DNA from: a virus
Taxonomy: Duplodnaviria; Caudoviricetes
Strand: one strand, 5' to 3'
Virus record (IMG/VR): IMGVR_UViG_3300022666_000111
Length of the DNA stretch: 64,000 nucleotides
The notes beneath the pieces were generated by a model, which ran no database searches, was not told the DNA's origin, and was given only the letters and a program-made list of their open reading frames with translations. Shown here piece by piece: positions 10,212-20,729 of the stretch. Numbering within the stretch: the stretch's first letter is position 1; the number at the start of each line of letters is the position of its first letter. The position numbers and the translations under genes are program-made.

Positions 10212-10904
10212 CTAGAAAAGGTCTTCGTCCATGAGCTTGTCGTAAGCGGTGTGGACGGGGTCGGCGGTCATCCGCGTTGGGGCGACGATCGCGTAGTTCC
10301 AATCGTTGTACAATTCGGGGAGGGCGACCTGGATGAATTCGGGCTCGTTATGAGGGTACGGGCTTCGGGGGAGCCCGAGCGTAACCACGGGGATACGGGC
10401 CATCCTTCCGGGGGCTTCTTCGATGGTGCTTAGGGATGCCACAATCCTGTAAGACTTGCGCATATCCGGGGGCGCCCAGATTTGACCCTCTTCGACGGTG
10501 TGGCAGAGCACGCATTCGTAGTAGAGGTGCTGCTCCTGCGGATCGTCGTAGGACGACGCGAGGTTGCGTCGTTGGAGGTTGTAGCCCTCCCCGTAATGCA
10601 CGCCGACGCCGATGCGGGGTTTCATGAGGTGGATGACGCCTTCGGAATCCCGAAGCCAGCATTCCTTCGTGATCGGCTTTCTGGGGTCAAAGCTAACGTG
10701 CCCCTCATAGACCCAGCCCCGGGCGCCTACGAGAATGAAGCCTCTCCGGAGGTCCGTATTCGAGACACGGACCTCGATGAGGTCACCAATAGGCTCGGGG
10801 CCGAGGATCTGTAGGGTAGCCTGGTCGACGGTGACGAAGTCGATGTCGTGCGACTTGTTTTGGTCGTAGATGTTGAGGATCCGGTGCCGGAGGGTCTTTC
10901 TCAC
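10212..10904 (-). CDS. hypothetical protein
   Basis: 230-aa ORF coupled to the CCA gene; ends TAYDKLMDEDLF. Confidence 0.65.
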   Translation of the reverse strand: MRKTLRHRILNIYDQNKSHDIDFVTVDQATLQILGPEPIGDLIEVRVSNTDLRRGFILVGARGWVYEGHVSFDPRKPITKECWLRDSEGVIHLMKPRIGVGVHYGEGYNLQRRNLASSYDDPQEQHLYYECVLCHTVEEGQIWAPPDMRKSYRIVASLSTIEEAPGRMARIPVVTLGLPRSPYPHNEPEFIQVALPELYNDWNYAIVAPTRMTADPVHTAYDKLMDEDLF

Positions 10905-12247
10905 GGGATCTCCTTGGCGAGGCGGAGGAGGGTTTCACGTTCGTTGAGGGAGGGGTCGTCGGTCACGGATTCGAGGAGTGCATTGAGGACGCGGCCGACG
11001 CGGGGGCCTGGGGCGATCCCGAGGGCCTCCATGACGTCGCGGCCGTTGATGACGAGGACCTTCGTGGAAGTTGGGATGGTCTCCGTCACGCTCATCCGTG
11101 CGACCCGATCGCGGAGGGCGTCGATGAGCGTCTCCTCCAGGGCGACCTTGGCGGGGCCTTTGCCGTCGATGTCTGCGTGGGCCAAGGTGCAGAAGTCGGG
11201 GACGTTGTCGAGCCCAACCTTGCGGACCCAGCGGCGGACGGCGGGGGCGCCGTGGTCAGCTTCGTAGCGGATGTAGTGGTGCCGCACGAAGTGAACGATC
11301 GCTTCCAAGTCTTCCGTGGCGAATCGCAGCCGGGTCAAGATCTCCCGCGTCATGTCAGCCCCTACGACCTCGTGGTTGTAGAAGGTTGCGTCTCCTGTCA
11401 CCGGGTGGGCCTCCTTCACGGCGGGCTTGCCGATGTCATGGAATAGGGCGGCGAAGCGCAGCAAGGGCTTCGTAGCCGGGACACGGTCAAGCGTAACCAA
11501 GGTGTGCTCCCACACGTCGAAGGCGTGGTACTTGTTCTGGGCGCACCCAAAGCTCGCCTTGAATTCCGGAATGAAGACCTCGAGCATCCCCGTCTCCGCC
11601 ATGACGCGGAAGGCGACCGAAGGCTTGACCGAGCCCTTCATGATCTTGAAGAGTTCGTCGTGGACGCGCTCGATCGAGACTTTCGAGAAGACTTCGAGGT
11701 TTGGGCGAATACCCTCGAGGGTCTCGGGTTCGATGCTGAAGCCCAGGGTTGCCGCGAATCGGGCGGCGCGCATGACGCGCAAGCCGTCCTCGTGGAACCT
11801 GCGGCGGGGGTCGCCTACGGCTCGGATGACTTTGTTTGCGATGTCGGCCATACCTCCGAAGGGGTCGACGGTTCGGTCGTCGATCGGGTCGTAGGCGATG
11901 GCGTTCATGGTGAAGTCGCGCCGGGCCAGGTCGTCTTCGATCCGGTCGAGGAAGCTCACAGCGTCGGGGCGTCGTCCGTCCGTGTAGTCCCCGTCCCCAC
12001 GGTACGTCGTCACCTCGAAACCGGTACCGTCCACGATGGCCGTCACGGTTCCATGTTGGATGCCGGTCAGGATGACACGGGGGAAAATGCGGAGCATGAC
12101 TTCTGGGCGGGCGTTGGTAGCGATGTCCCAGTCATGGGCTTCTCGGCCCATGATGAAGTCGCGGATAGCGCCACCGACCAGGAAGGCTTCGTAGCCCTCA
12201 CGGCGGAGGGTCTGGCAGATACGGAGTGCTTCGGGAGGGATTTGCAT
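10901..12247 (-). CDS. cca: CCA tRNA nucleotidyltransferase with HD domain
   Basis: LVGGAIRD, DWDIAT, DLARRDFTMNA, EDGLRVMRAARF, ALFHDIGK; ATG 33 nt after TTGATC. Confidence 0.93.
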   Translation of the reverse strand: MQIPPEALRICQTLRREGYEAFLVGGAIRDFIMGREAHDWDIATNARPEVMLRIFPRVILTGIQHGTVTAIVDGTGFEVTTYRGDGDYTDGRRPDAVSFLDRIEDDLARRDFTMNAIAYDPIDDRTVDPFGGMADIANKVIRAVGDPRRRFHEDGLRVMRAARFAATLGFSIEPETLEGIRPNLEVFSKVSIERVHDELFKIMKGSVKPSVAFRVMAETGMLEVFIPEFKASFGCAQNKYHAFDVWEHTLVTLDRVPATKPLLRFAALFHDIGKPAVKEAHPVTGDATFYNHEVVGADMTREILTRLRFATEDLEAIVHFVRHHYIRYEADHGAPAVRRWVRKVGLDNVPDFCTLAHADIDGKGPAKVALEETLIDALRDRVARMSVTETIPTSTKVLVINGRDVMEALGIAPGPRVGRVLNALLESVTDDPSLNERETLLRLAKEIP

Positions 12248-12276
12248 GGCTCTTGTATGCCGAGCCTCACGGGTGA

Positions 12277-12807
12277 TCAACCCCAATAAACGTAGAGGCC
12301 CTCTTGGAGGCTCGGGATGATCTCTGGTACACCGGCAAGGATGCAGAGGCCGACGACGCCGGGCGAGATTTGTCCGAGGGCGTAGGGATAGAGCCCGTGG
12401 GTGACCTTGTGAAAGCGGGGGCGCTGGCTGTGCCGTTCGGTCTCCTCAATCCAATCCAGCGTTGTGTCGTAGCGGAACCACGATTTGTACTCCAAGGGAT
12501 CGATGAAGAGGGTGAGCCGTTTGAGCCCGAATTCCGGATCGTGCATGACGCATTGGCTCATGCTGTGGAAGGCAGGCTTGTGCTCGGCGGCAATCGCGAT
12601 GTAGAGACTCACGTTGGAAAGCGGTGACTCCCGGGAGTAGCGTGTATCCTTGGGCGCTGGGGTAGCGGCGGCCACGGCGTCCTTGTTCTTCCGGAGCCAC
12701 TTGAGATACTTGGGAAAGTCCATGGCGTAGAGCATCTCCGAGGTCTCTTCGGAGATCTTAGCCTTTCGCGTAGCCCAGCCGATTGCCTTATGGACGCGGA
12801 TTCCCAT
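12277..12807 (-). CDS. hypothetical protein
   Basis: 176-aa ORF with GGAGGAG RBS. Confidence 0.65.
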   Translation of the reverse strand: MGIRVHKAIGWATRKAKISEETSEMLYAMDFPKYLKWLRKNKDAVAAATPAPKDTRYSRESPLSNVSLYIAIAAEHKPAFHSMSQCVMHDPEFGLKRLTLFIDPLEYKSWFRYDTTLDWIEETERHSQRPRFHKVTHGLYPYALGQISPGVVGLCILAGVPEIIPSLQEGLYVYWG

Positions 12808-13149
12808 CGATCTCCTCCTCGAGCGCTTTGGCTTGTTGGTGGTCGGTATCTCGCTCGGCGGGCCATAGCTTCTCCCAAGGCGTCTCGGCGATCGTTCGCC
12901 AGCGTTGGGCGAGCTGTGCCGGGATGATAAGGGTGCCGTTCGGGCCTGGGGTGCATCGTGAGAAGAGGAACGTCATGAAGGCGGACCACTCACGGTGGAT
13001 GAAGCGGGCGATGATTTCATTCCTCGTCGGAGGGCTCGGCATCGGGGGGTTCGGTTTCCTCGTCGCCCTTGCGGTGTTCCGGGCAACGCCAAACGTACTC
13101 ATTCTGGCCGTAGTTGTTCTCAACGTAGCCCCACCCCTGCTTGACGGCT

Positions 13150-13521
13150 TCAGCCGCATTTCTTGAGGTCTTGCGGCAGACCCAATTCGAGCATCTTACG
13201 GGCACGGGCTTTCTCCCACTCTTGAACGTCTTCCTTGTAGGTGCGGAGGCTGTTTACGTCCTCCCAGTAGACGGTTTCACGGTTTCCGAAGTCCCAAAGG
13301 ACCGGGACCCTGTTATCAAGCAGTCCCTGGGCTCTACACCAGGCGACGTGGGCTTTGACATCGGCCCTCTTGGGCTTTGCCATGGGGAAGGCTATGCTTC
13401 CGGCCCAGGCGCGGGGGTCGTCAACCGCAAGGACCCGTCCTGCCCAGGGGCGTCCCCAGCAATCAGGGTGACAAGCTGCCCAAGGCCAACGTTGCGCTCC
13501 TACGAGGGTTCCGGTCTTCAT
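13150..13521 (-). CDS. hypothetical protein
   Basis: ATG 33 nt after TTGATC (13554). Confidence 0.6.
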   Translation of the reverse strand: MKTGTLVGAQRWPWAACHPDCWGRPWAGRVLAVDDPRAWAGSIAFPMAKPKRADVKAHVAWCRAQGLLDNRVPVLWDFGNRETVYWEDVNSLRTYKEDVQEWEKARARKMLELGLPQDLKKCG

Positions 13522-13887
13522 GGGGGTACTATGCCGGAGCGGGATGTGGATCAACCGAAAGAGGCTCACTGAATCTTTCTTATGACCCAGAGGCTGTACA
13601 CCGTGCTGCATGCTACGGCGAGGCCCCCGACCCACAGCTTACCCAGGCAAGCGGCAATCGGGAAGGCTTCAAGGGCCACAAACCACGTTGCGACCATCGA
13701 GAATAGCAGCCTCATCCCGCGTCTGTTTTCCTCCGCTGCCAACCGGGCGCGTTCCTTCGGTCGCACGATGACGACGCAGTCGAAGCAATCACATGTACTG
13801 TCATGGGGGTACTTCGGCGGAGGTGGGGGTGTTTTGATTACCTCGCCCAGGTAGGGTGCTGGACTTCGGTAGGGATTCATTGACATC

Positions 13888-14370
13888 TCACGAGGCGAAG
13901 GGGTTGTCGGTGTAGCGCCAGCCGGTCTCGGTTGAGCGGCCGATGCCGCGTTCTTCGAGAAGGTCGTAAGCCTTGAAGACCATCTCCTCGTCGCGGCCGA
14001 GCCAAGCTGCGGCTTCGGGGGCTTTGAGGGAGGCGATGCCGCGTTCGCAAGCGGGGTTGATGTGTCCGCCCGCTTCGAGGATAACGTTGGCGACCGTCTC
14101 GACCGCCTTGGAGGGTGCCTTGAGGAGGAGGCAGAGGTTCTTGGCGACCGCTTCGGCCGTCCCGCGAAATTCCGCCGTAGAGTCTGCGAGGCTGGCGCTG
14201 CCAACTCTCACGAACATCTCGTTGACGCCCATGAGGTCGGCCGAAGCCTTGGGGAGTCGGTGGACGTACACGGTGCCGACCCGGGAAACCTTGATCTCGG
14301 TCCATTCGCCGATCGTGCTGCTGCGGAGGGTTTCTGCGATCTTGGTGGTGCGGGCTTCGTGTGTAGTCAT
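13888..14370 (-). CDS. hypothetical protein
   Basis: ATG 33 nt after TTGATC (14403). Confidence 0.65.
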   Translation of the reverse strand: MTTHEARTTKIAETLRSSTIGEWTEIKVSRVGTVYVHRLPKASADLMGVNEMFVRVGSASLADSTAEFRGTAEAVAKNLCLLLKAPSKAVETVANVILEAGGHINPACERGIASLKAPEAAAWLGRDEEMVFKAYDLLEERGIGRSTETGWRYTDNPFAS

Positions 14371-14434
14371 GTCCCTAGTATGCCGAGGGGTGTAGGTGAT
14401 CAACGAGATAATGCTCTTTTCATCGCTTTGAGGT

Positions 14435-15826
14435 ATGCGTCCCAGGTACTCCTATGATCGTCGCGCTCATCAACAGGATTCTCGGCTACGTCTTGCTGGT
14501 GGTATTGATCTGCTTCCAGGTGAGGATGCAATCGCTCTTCTGAAAGGATTTCCCTTGGAGGGCTTGCGCTCCAAGGACATCGCCCTTGCCACGTACCTCT
14601 TCGACACATCGGCGGGGGAGCACCCTGGGATCGCCGACTTCCGTGACAAGCTCGCGGAAGAGTACGCCTCACGGTTTGCGGATTGGCTGGGCTACGTCTT
14701 CTTGAACCGCGCCAACAAGACGCAATCCTCCAAGGCCATGAAGGCTCTGGAGGACGCTTTGGGGGATTGGGTCGAGAGCCTTCCGAACATGCTCTCGGGG
14801 CGCCCTGAGCCTCTCACGAAGTCCATCCCCGAAGAGGCCGCGCGATTCTTGGTCTTGGACAAGATCGACGCGATCGGCGAGAAGATCTTCAAGGTCGTCC
14901 GCATGGAGTACATGAAAGCGGGATCCGGGGAGCGTAACGCCAACCTCGAGGCGCTTCCGATCACGTATGACCGTGGGCGCGCGGAGTACGTCATCCCCAA
15001 GAGCGCCTTGACCTTTGCCAACCGCGCGAAGCTGCGCGACCTTGGGTTCGACTTCGACGGCGCGGTTTGGCATACCAAGACCCTTGACCAGCGGGCCTTA
15101 GATGAGCTGCCCTCCGCAGGAGCTGCCATTCAGCGAGGGACGGTCAAGCCGGTCACACCATCCCTCGACGCACACGATTGGTTCTTCAACGAATGGCTCC
15201 CGTCGAACATCAGCCGCTTCTCGAAGATCTTCACGGACTTCGGCCGGGGGCAGGGCGTCCCTTACGAATTCAAGTTCGTGGTTCAAGGAGACGACGTCAC
15301 GGTTAACTTCGAACGGAACATCACGACGGTCGCGGCGGCTATCCAAGAGCTTCGTGCGCGCTACGGTAAGGCCGGAGATCGTGAGGGATGGATGGGCGCG
15401 GTAGAATGCTACGACATGCTCAAGCGAGCCCACGGACGGGCAGCTATCGCGGCCGTTGACCGCGCCAACGACCTTCAGCACAGCCACGGGTCCATGATCG
15501 AACACTTCCCGCCCGACGTCCGTGACTGGTATCCAGCCTTCCTCGATTTCAAGTTCTCGGCATCGCAGATCCAGATTGCCCGGTCGATCCAAGACCAGGA
15601 CCTCAAGGAGCTGGCCTTGGCGATCGTCACGACACCTGACCCCAAGGATCGCTATCGCCCGTCTCAGACGGATACGAGAACGGTTCGTGGGCTTGCCATG
15701 GAGGTCGCGGCGCAGCCAGGCAAGGCAGGCAAGAAGAAGCGCCTCCAGATCACCCGTAAGCTCTACCCCGACATGTACGACGATGTCGTGAAGGAGCTGG
15801 AGTCTCGGGGGCTCAGCCTCACCTAA
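14435..15826 (+). CDS. hypothetical protein
   Basis: 463-aa ORF with GC3-rich codon usage. Confidence 0.8.
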   Translation: MRPRYSYDRRAHQQDSRLRLAGGIDLLPGEDAIALLKGFPLEGLRSKDIALATYLFDTSAGEHPGIADFRDKLAEEYASRFADWLGYVFLNRANKTQSSKAMKALEDALGDWVESLPNMLSGRPEPLTKSIPEEAARFLVLDKIDAIGEKIFKVVRMEYMKAGSGERNANLEALPITYDRGRAEYVIPKSALTFANRAKLRDLGFDFDGAVWHTKTLDQRALDELPSAGAAIQRGTVKPVTPSLDAHDWFFNEWLPSNISRFSKIFTDFGRGQGVPYEFKFVVQGDDVTVNFERNITTVAAAIQELRARYGKAGDREGWMGAVECYDMLKRAHGRAAIAAVDRANDLQHSHGSMIEHFPPDVRDWYPAFLDFKFSASQIQIARSIQDQDLKELALAIVTTPDPKDRYRPSQTDTRTVRGLAMEVAAQPGKAGKKKRLQITRKLYPDMYDDVVKELESRGLSLT

Positions 15827-16065
15827 GCGATCGGGGTGAGCCGGATAGGCGTGTGCATATCCGGAACGATCGCGGTTTCTCCTACCTCGTTGTCCCTTGC
15901 AAGCCGGAACTTCCGTCCGTAGCGAACGCTCACGGGATTGTGGGCGTTGTCATACTCTCGGATGACTTCGATGTAGGTTCCGGGAAACGATCGCTCGAAG
16001 TAACGGATGACGTTGGGCATGTTGCCAAGGGGGCTGCCATGGAAGGATTCGCGACGGTGTAGGGG

Positions 16066-16755
16066 GTGGGCATGAAGGTTAAGCGAATTCCGGGCATTAC
16101 GATCGAGGTTGAAAGCACGGAGGGGCTGTCGGCCCAAGAAGTGATCCTCGACCAGAACTACTACCCTTGGCACATTCGTAAGCTGGACCACGGGTCCGGA
16201 GTCATTCGGATTGAGCCCGCCCGATCTGACACGCCACCTGACGATCCTCGGGAGATCTATCTCTATGAGGGTGCGGCTAGGCGGGCGCGATTCGCGCGTC
16301 TCGTTGAGTACATGGCGCACATCGAAGCGCTTGACTTGGAGATCATGGAGGTCCAATTGGGGAGGGGCACAGCCCTCGAGATCCCAGAGGGTGTCAAGAT
16401 CCCAACCCAAGAGCACGGCACGGTCAACCCGGAATTTGTTGTGCTTGTAACGCGGTACGGCGATAGCAAGGGCACCCGCATTCAATGGGGGCCGCTTCCG
16501 CTCTATGCGCTCACGACGCCCTCACGCTGGCCCTTCAAGGCGATCCTCCGGTCGTCCAAGAGGGACGTCTGCATTGACATCAGCCCCGGGGGCTTTGATG
16601 TTCATGACGACGCCTTCCACACGTATTGCAAGACCATCCACGACGCGCTTGCGCTTGCGGGCACCGTCATTGAATCGGGCTGGGAGAATGCCCTCCGGAC
16701 CTTCTCGAAAGAGGTCCGGATCGGCTTCTTCGATGAGTTCCAGGTCCGGGGCTAG
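16066..16755 (+). CDS. hypothetical protein
   Basis: 229-aa ORF with GGTGTAG motif upstream. Confidence 0.6.
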   Translation: MGMKVKRIPGITIEVESTEGLSAQEVILDQNYYPWHIRKLDHGSGVIRIEPARSDTPPDDPREIYLYEGAARRARFARLVEYMAHIEALDLEIMEVQLGRGTALEIPEGVKIPTQEHGTVNPEFVVLVTRYGDSKGTRIQWGPLPLYALTTPSRWPFKAILRSSKRDVCIDISPGGFDVHDDAFHTYCKTIHDALALAGTVIESGWENALRTFSKEVRIGFFDEFQVRG

Positions 16756-17357
16756 TCAATCGCGCAGTACTGATGGTACTTGATCCCCTCGGCTCGGATC
16801 GCTTCAAGAAGCTCGTAGAAGCGCATCCCCTTGATCGCAGCCTCGTTAGCTTGGACCCAGCGGTAAAGCGCCGGGATGCTCTTCTTGCCGCCCGAGATGG
16901 CCGGGATAGCCGTGGGGACGTTGTGATGGTCAGTGACGTCCCGGATGGTGAAGTCACTGTAGGAAGCCTCTAGGTAGAGTCGCTCCGTGTGGATCTTGAT
17001 CGTCTTGAATCCAGCCGGTGTCACCTCGATCCCCTTGACGTATTGAACCTCGACCGTAGCGTTGAAGAGCTTTGACTGTTCATTGGCGATGTCGATCATC
17101 TTCGCCATGTCCGCCCCTCGGTTCGCCCACATGACGAATTCAAGGGCGTTGCTCTCCATGGGGTTAAGTCGGCTGCGGAAGTTGTAGACCGTGACGATGC
17201 CGACCGTCTTGCCCCGCTTGCCTGCGTTGGCCAGCTCGGTGACCTTGATGCTGTCGGCGTAGCGATGGATCCGCCAGCCTTTGACTTCCTTGGTCTCGCC
17301 CATGCGAAAGTCTTCGGGGTCGTGGCGGTTGTCATTGGAGGCTTCGATGTTCATCAT
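16752..17357 (-). CDS. hypothetical protein
   Basis: ATG 33 nt after TTGATC (17390). Confidence 0.7.
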   Translation of the reverse strand: MMNIEASNDNRHDPEDFRMGETKEVKGWRIHRYADSIKVTELANAGKRGKTVGIVTVYNFRSRLNPMESNALEFVMWANRGADMAKMIDIANEQSKLFNATVEVQYVKGIEVTPAGFKTIKIHTERLYLEASYSDFTIRDVTDHHNVPTAIPAISGGKKSIPALYRWVQANEAAIKGMRFYELLEAIRAEGIKYHQYCAID

Positions 17358-18193
17358 GCCCCTAGTATGCCGGAGGGTCTAAGGGATCAACGTCATTTGC
17401 CAGGATGCTCAAACATCCCGCGAAGGGTCCAGCCTGTCATGAAGGCTCCGAATTCGAAGTCCGAGCTGATGACGACGTTGTAGATCGTGGGGCGCCTATC
17501 CCAAAGGTTGACATCGATCCGGAACTTCCTGGCTACGCCCTCGGTTCCACGCCATTCCTTGAACCAGGCGTTGAAGTCATCGGGAGTGTCGTCCTCCTCG
17601 ATGGTAATCGTGACGATTGAGAACGGCGCGCCCCTGTATTCGAGTGTGGTGGTGCCGCTAACCAACATGGCTGTCCCTTTCGATCCCGGCTCGAAAGGCC
17701 AGGAAGGTTGTTTTGCCCGTCGTGACGGTGATAGTCTTGCCCTCGTCGAGGTCTTTGGGGTTGGTGAGAAAGAGGCTCATCCCGGAAGCCTTGACCATAC
17801 GCTCGAGGCGGCGCACGGCTGCTTCCGGTGTTGTGCAGACTTTCTTGTCGATGAGGGTGTAGCCCTCGAGATGTAAGGCTATGTAGAGCATCTCAAATCT
17901 CCATGACGTAGGGCTCACCGCGCGAATTGAGCGGGAGCACGAAGGATCGGGCCATCTTGACGTCGTTGACCTCAAAGGTCTCTACCCCGGTAAGAGGCGA
18001 GGGTGACGTAGTTCGCGTTCCTGTAGCGAAGGCGTAGGGCCTTCCGACCGTGTAGATCGTCTGGGCGCCGGGGGCGTGGACCACCTTGAGGATGACGCAA
18101 TCCGAGAAGGGCTCCATTGTCCCATCTGCATTGACCATCCTGACGATCATCCCGGATTCAAGAACCTGGTTTGTGATGTGTGCTTCAGGCATT

Positions 18194-18508
18194 TCAGACC
18201 TCTTCTCCTGCAAAGCCCGCGATTTGTTCGTAGCCAGATCCGCCGTGGGTCGCGCATGAGCCCGGCCCGCTCCAGCGGTCGTGGCTGTTCGAGCTGATGG
18301 TGCGGACCTTTCGGGGCACCCCGCGCTCACCGACCGTGAGGCCCTGCTTGCGCGCCTCTTGGATGACGGCGTAGGTCGCGCATCCGATGTCCTTGGCGAT
18401 CTCGTCCAAGGAAGCCCAAGGCGCTGTCGTCTCGTCGTCGCCCAGGAGGTCTTCGACGAGGTTGGTGACGGCTTCGGCGATCAGGGTAGCGAGGGTGGCG
18501 TTAATCAT
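18194..18508 (-). CDS. hypothetical protein, possible HTH
   Basis: SLDEIAKDIGCATYAV; ATG 33 nt after TTGATC (18541). Confidence 0.55.
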   Translation of the reverse strand: MINATLATLIAEAVTNLVEDLLGDDETTAPWASLDEIAKDIGCATYAVIQEARKQGLTVGERGVPRKVRTISSNSHDRWSGPGSCATHGGSGYEQIAGFAGEEV

Positions 18509-18592
18509 GCCCCTGGTATGCCGCTGCCTGGTGTGGATCAACAGGTTTCTTTTCTGTTGATCGGTCGGTCGCCCGAGCATACCAGGGGCATG
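18506..18592. promoter_or_regulatory. divergent pair of TTGATC-N14-GCATAC promoters
   Basis: back-to-back copies, each ending GCATACCAGGGGC-ATG. Confidence 0.7.
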
Positions 18593-19495
18593 AAGACCAC
18601 CTACCAAAAGCAAACCGCCGAAGAACGCAACGCCAAGATCGATGCCGCTAAGGCCGCCCTGGTTGAGGGTCTCCAAAGCATCCAGACCAGTGAGGATTGG
18701 ACGCGCCTCTTGGATAGTATGGCCCGGCGAGGAAAGTTCAGCCCCGCGCGGTTCAGCTTCCGCAACCAGATCCTGGTTGCCAGCCAGCGTGACGGCGCGG
18801 ACGCGGTTGCTACTTTCAATAGGTGGAAGGGCATCGGCCGCTTCGTCAAGAAGGGTGAGAAGGGGATTGCGATCCTTCAGCCGAACGTGTGGAAGCGCAC
18901 CGAGAAGAACGCCAAGGGTGAAGACGAGCAAGTCAGCGGGATCTACTTCAAGATCCTCTACGTGTTCGCATACGACCAGACCGAAGGCGCCGAGCCCCCC
19001 GATGGAGTCCTCAACGTAAGCCTCCCCGAGGTCAACGGCTCCGCCCCCTTGGCCGAGCTTGTGAAAATGGCAAAGAGCCTGGACGCCGTGAGCGGGGTTG
19101 AGATCCGCGACCGCGCCAAGCATGACCCCTCAGACGCCCTTGGCTGGTTCCAGCCGACCACCAAGGAGATCGTCGTCATGGACAACGGTCGATCCGAAGC
19201 CGCGAAGTTCCAGACTTTGGTTCACGAGGTCGCGCACGCGATCCTCCACGGCAAGGACGAGGACGGCTACCACAGCCGACCGGAGAAGGAAGTCGAGGCA
19301 GAGAGCACGGCTTACATCGTGTGCCGAGCCCTCGGTGTAGACACCAGCAGCTTCAGCTTCACCTACGTCCAGCATTGGGCGCACGGGGATACCAAGCTGG
19401 TCGAGCAATGCGGCACCCGGATCGCTCGAGCGGCCTCCAAGATCCTTGAGGCTTTCGAAGGAACGGTTGCAGCCGAGGAAGAAGAGGCAGCGTGA
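18590..19495 (+). CDS. ArdC-like ssDNA-binding domain plus zincin metallopeptidase domain
   Basis: FSFRNQILV...ATFNRWK.IGRFVKKGEKGIAILQP; LVHEVAH...KEVEAESTAY. Confidence 0.85.
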   Translation: MKTTYQKQTAEERNAKIDAAKAALVEGLQSIQTSEDWTRLLDSMARRGKFSPARFSFRNQILVASQRDGADAVATFNRWKGIGRFVKKGEKGIAILQPNVWKRTEKNAKGEDEQVSGIYFKILYVFAYDQTEGAEPPDGVLNVSLPEVNGSAPLAELVKMAKSLDAVSGVEIRDRAKHDPSDALGWFQPTTKEIVVMDNGRSEAAKFQTLVHEVAHAILHGKDEDGYHSRPEKEVEAESTAYIVCRALGVDTSSFSFTYVQHWAHGDTKLVEQCGTRIARAASKILEAFEGTVAAEEEEAA

Positions 19496-19547
19496 GAAAA
19501 GATGGAGGGGCGGGTTGATCGAAGCCCGCCCCTGGAGTAGTTGAGCC

Positions 19548-19787
19548 ATGATCAAGACCAGACGTGAACCCAAGGACCAGGGAGGCCCTCCCTACGAGTG
19601 CTGCTGCTTTTGCCGTACCCCTACGCCTTACTGGACGGTAGGGCTAGGTCGCAAGGGAGGGGAGCAGGTAGCGTGTTGCCAGGAATGCGCCAAGACGCGG
19701 GAGCCCTCTGAGGTCCCGACGAAGAGGGAGTGGTGTGACAAGGAACGCGCGATCTACAAGCGAGAGCATCCCCATGCCCCGCGCTAA
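19548..19787 (+). CDS. small Cys-rich (Zn-binding) protein
   Basis: CxxC pairs; ATG 33 nt after TTGATC (19515). Confidence 0.55.
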   Translation: MIKTRREPKDQGGPPYECCCFCRTPTPYWTVGLGRKGGEQVACCQECAKTREPSEVPTKREWCDKERAIYKREHPHAPR

Positions 19788-20357
19788 ACGCCCCCGATTT
19801 GCGTGCTCTGTGTGCGCGGGTAAGAACCTCGTCTACTGCCCGGCTTGCGGAGGGAGCGGTCGGGCAAGCTGCCACCGATGTCAATCCCCGATCTTTGTAG
19901 GGGATTGGGTTGCGCTGGAGACGCTCAAGACTCCAGGATGTGTCATCCGGGTCTTCTTCTGCCTTGAGTGCTCCAAGGAGATTGGCCTACACGTTGGGCC
20001 AAGCATTCGGAGGGTCGCATGATATTCACTTTGATCGTGCTTGGGGTAGCCATCGCCGTCGTCGTGGCGGACTTGGTAGAGCTGCCGCTCTTGAGGCGAC
20101 GTCAACAACCCTTGGTGGTCTCGGACAAAGCAGGGCGTCCCAAAATTCCGCGTTAGCCTTGTCGAAGTCTCGACAGGCTTCCAAATAGACCCGCCACAAG
20201 ACCTTGGCCTGCCTCGGTAGGCCACGCTTCAAAAGGCGCCGCTCGCGCCGGTTACGCGCCAGAGGCTTATTGGTGTCGAAGACGGGGGCGTAGTTCGTGT
20301 AGAGCGTCGTGTCCGTGTCTTGCCTATTGCCCCAAGTAGCGGTCGTCGTTCCGTAGC

Positions 20358-20729
20358 TCAAGCGTCATCCTCCTCAAGAAGGTTCCAGGCGTCTTTGGGC
20401 TTAGGCATATCTGCTGCTGCCTGTTCAAGCTGAGCAAGGATCTCAAGATCAATCTCGTACGCGATCTGCTGGGCTGCCGTGAGCGGTCTTGGAGGCGGGG
20501 GCGGTGGCTCGGGTCGCATCCGAAAGGGCTCCTCATCCTTGAGGCGATCGAAGATGTCGGAGTCGTCTCGGATGAAGCTGAACAGGACCGGGAAGACGGA
20601 TGTGCACCAGGCGGTTGCGTCACCCTCAAGGAAGACGTGCTCAGCGTCCACGGAAACGACCGTAGCCTCGGGAGGACGCCCCTCGGGGTACTTGCGGAGC
20701 CAGACTTGCCCTGGGCGCACGTCAGTCAT
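20358..20729 (-). CDS. hypothetical protein with GxxW small domain
   Basis: RPGQVW; DIFDRLKDEE and KDAWNLLEEDDA motifs. Confidence 0.6.
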   Translation of the reverse strand: MTDVRPGQVWLRKYPEGRPPEATVVSVDAEHVFLEGDATAWCTSVFPVLFSFIRDDSDIFDRLKDEEPFRMRPEPPPPPPRPLTAAQQIAYEIDLEILAQLEQAAADMPKPKDAWNLLEEDDA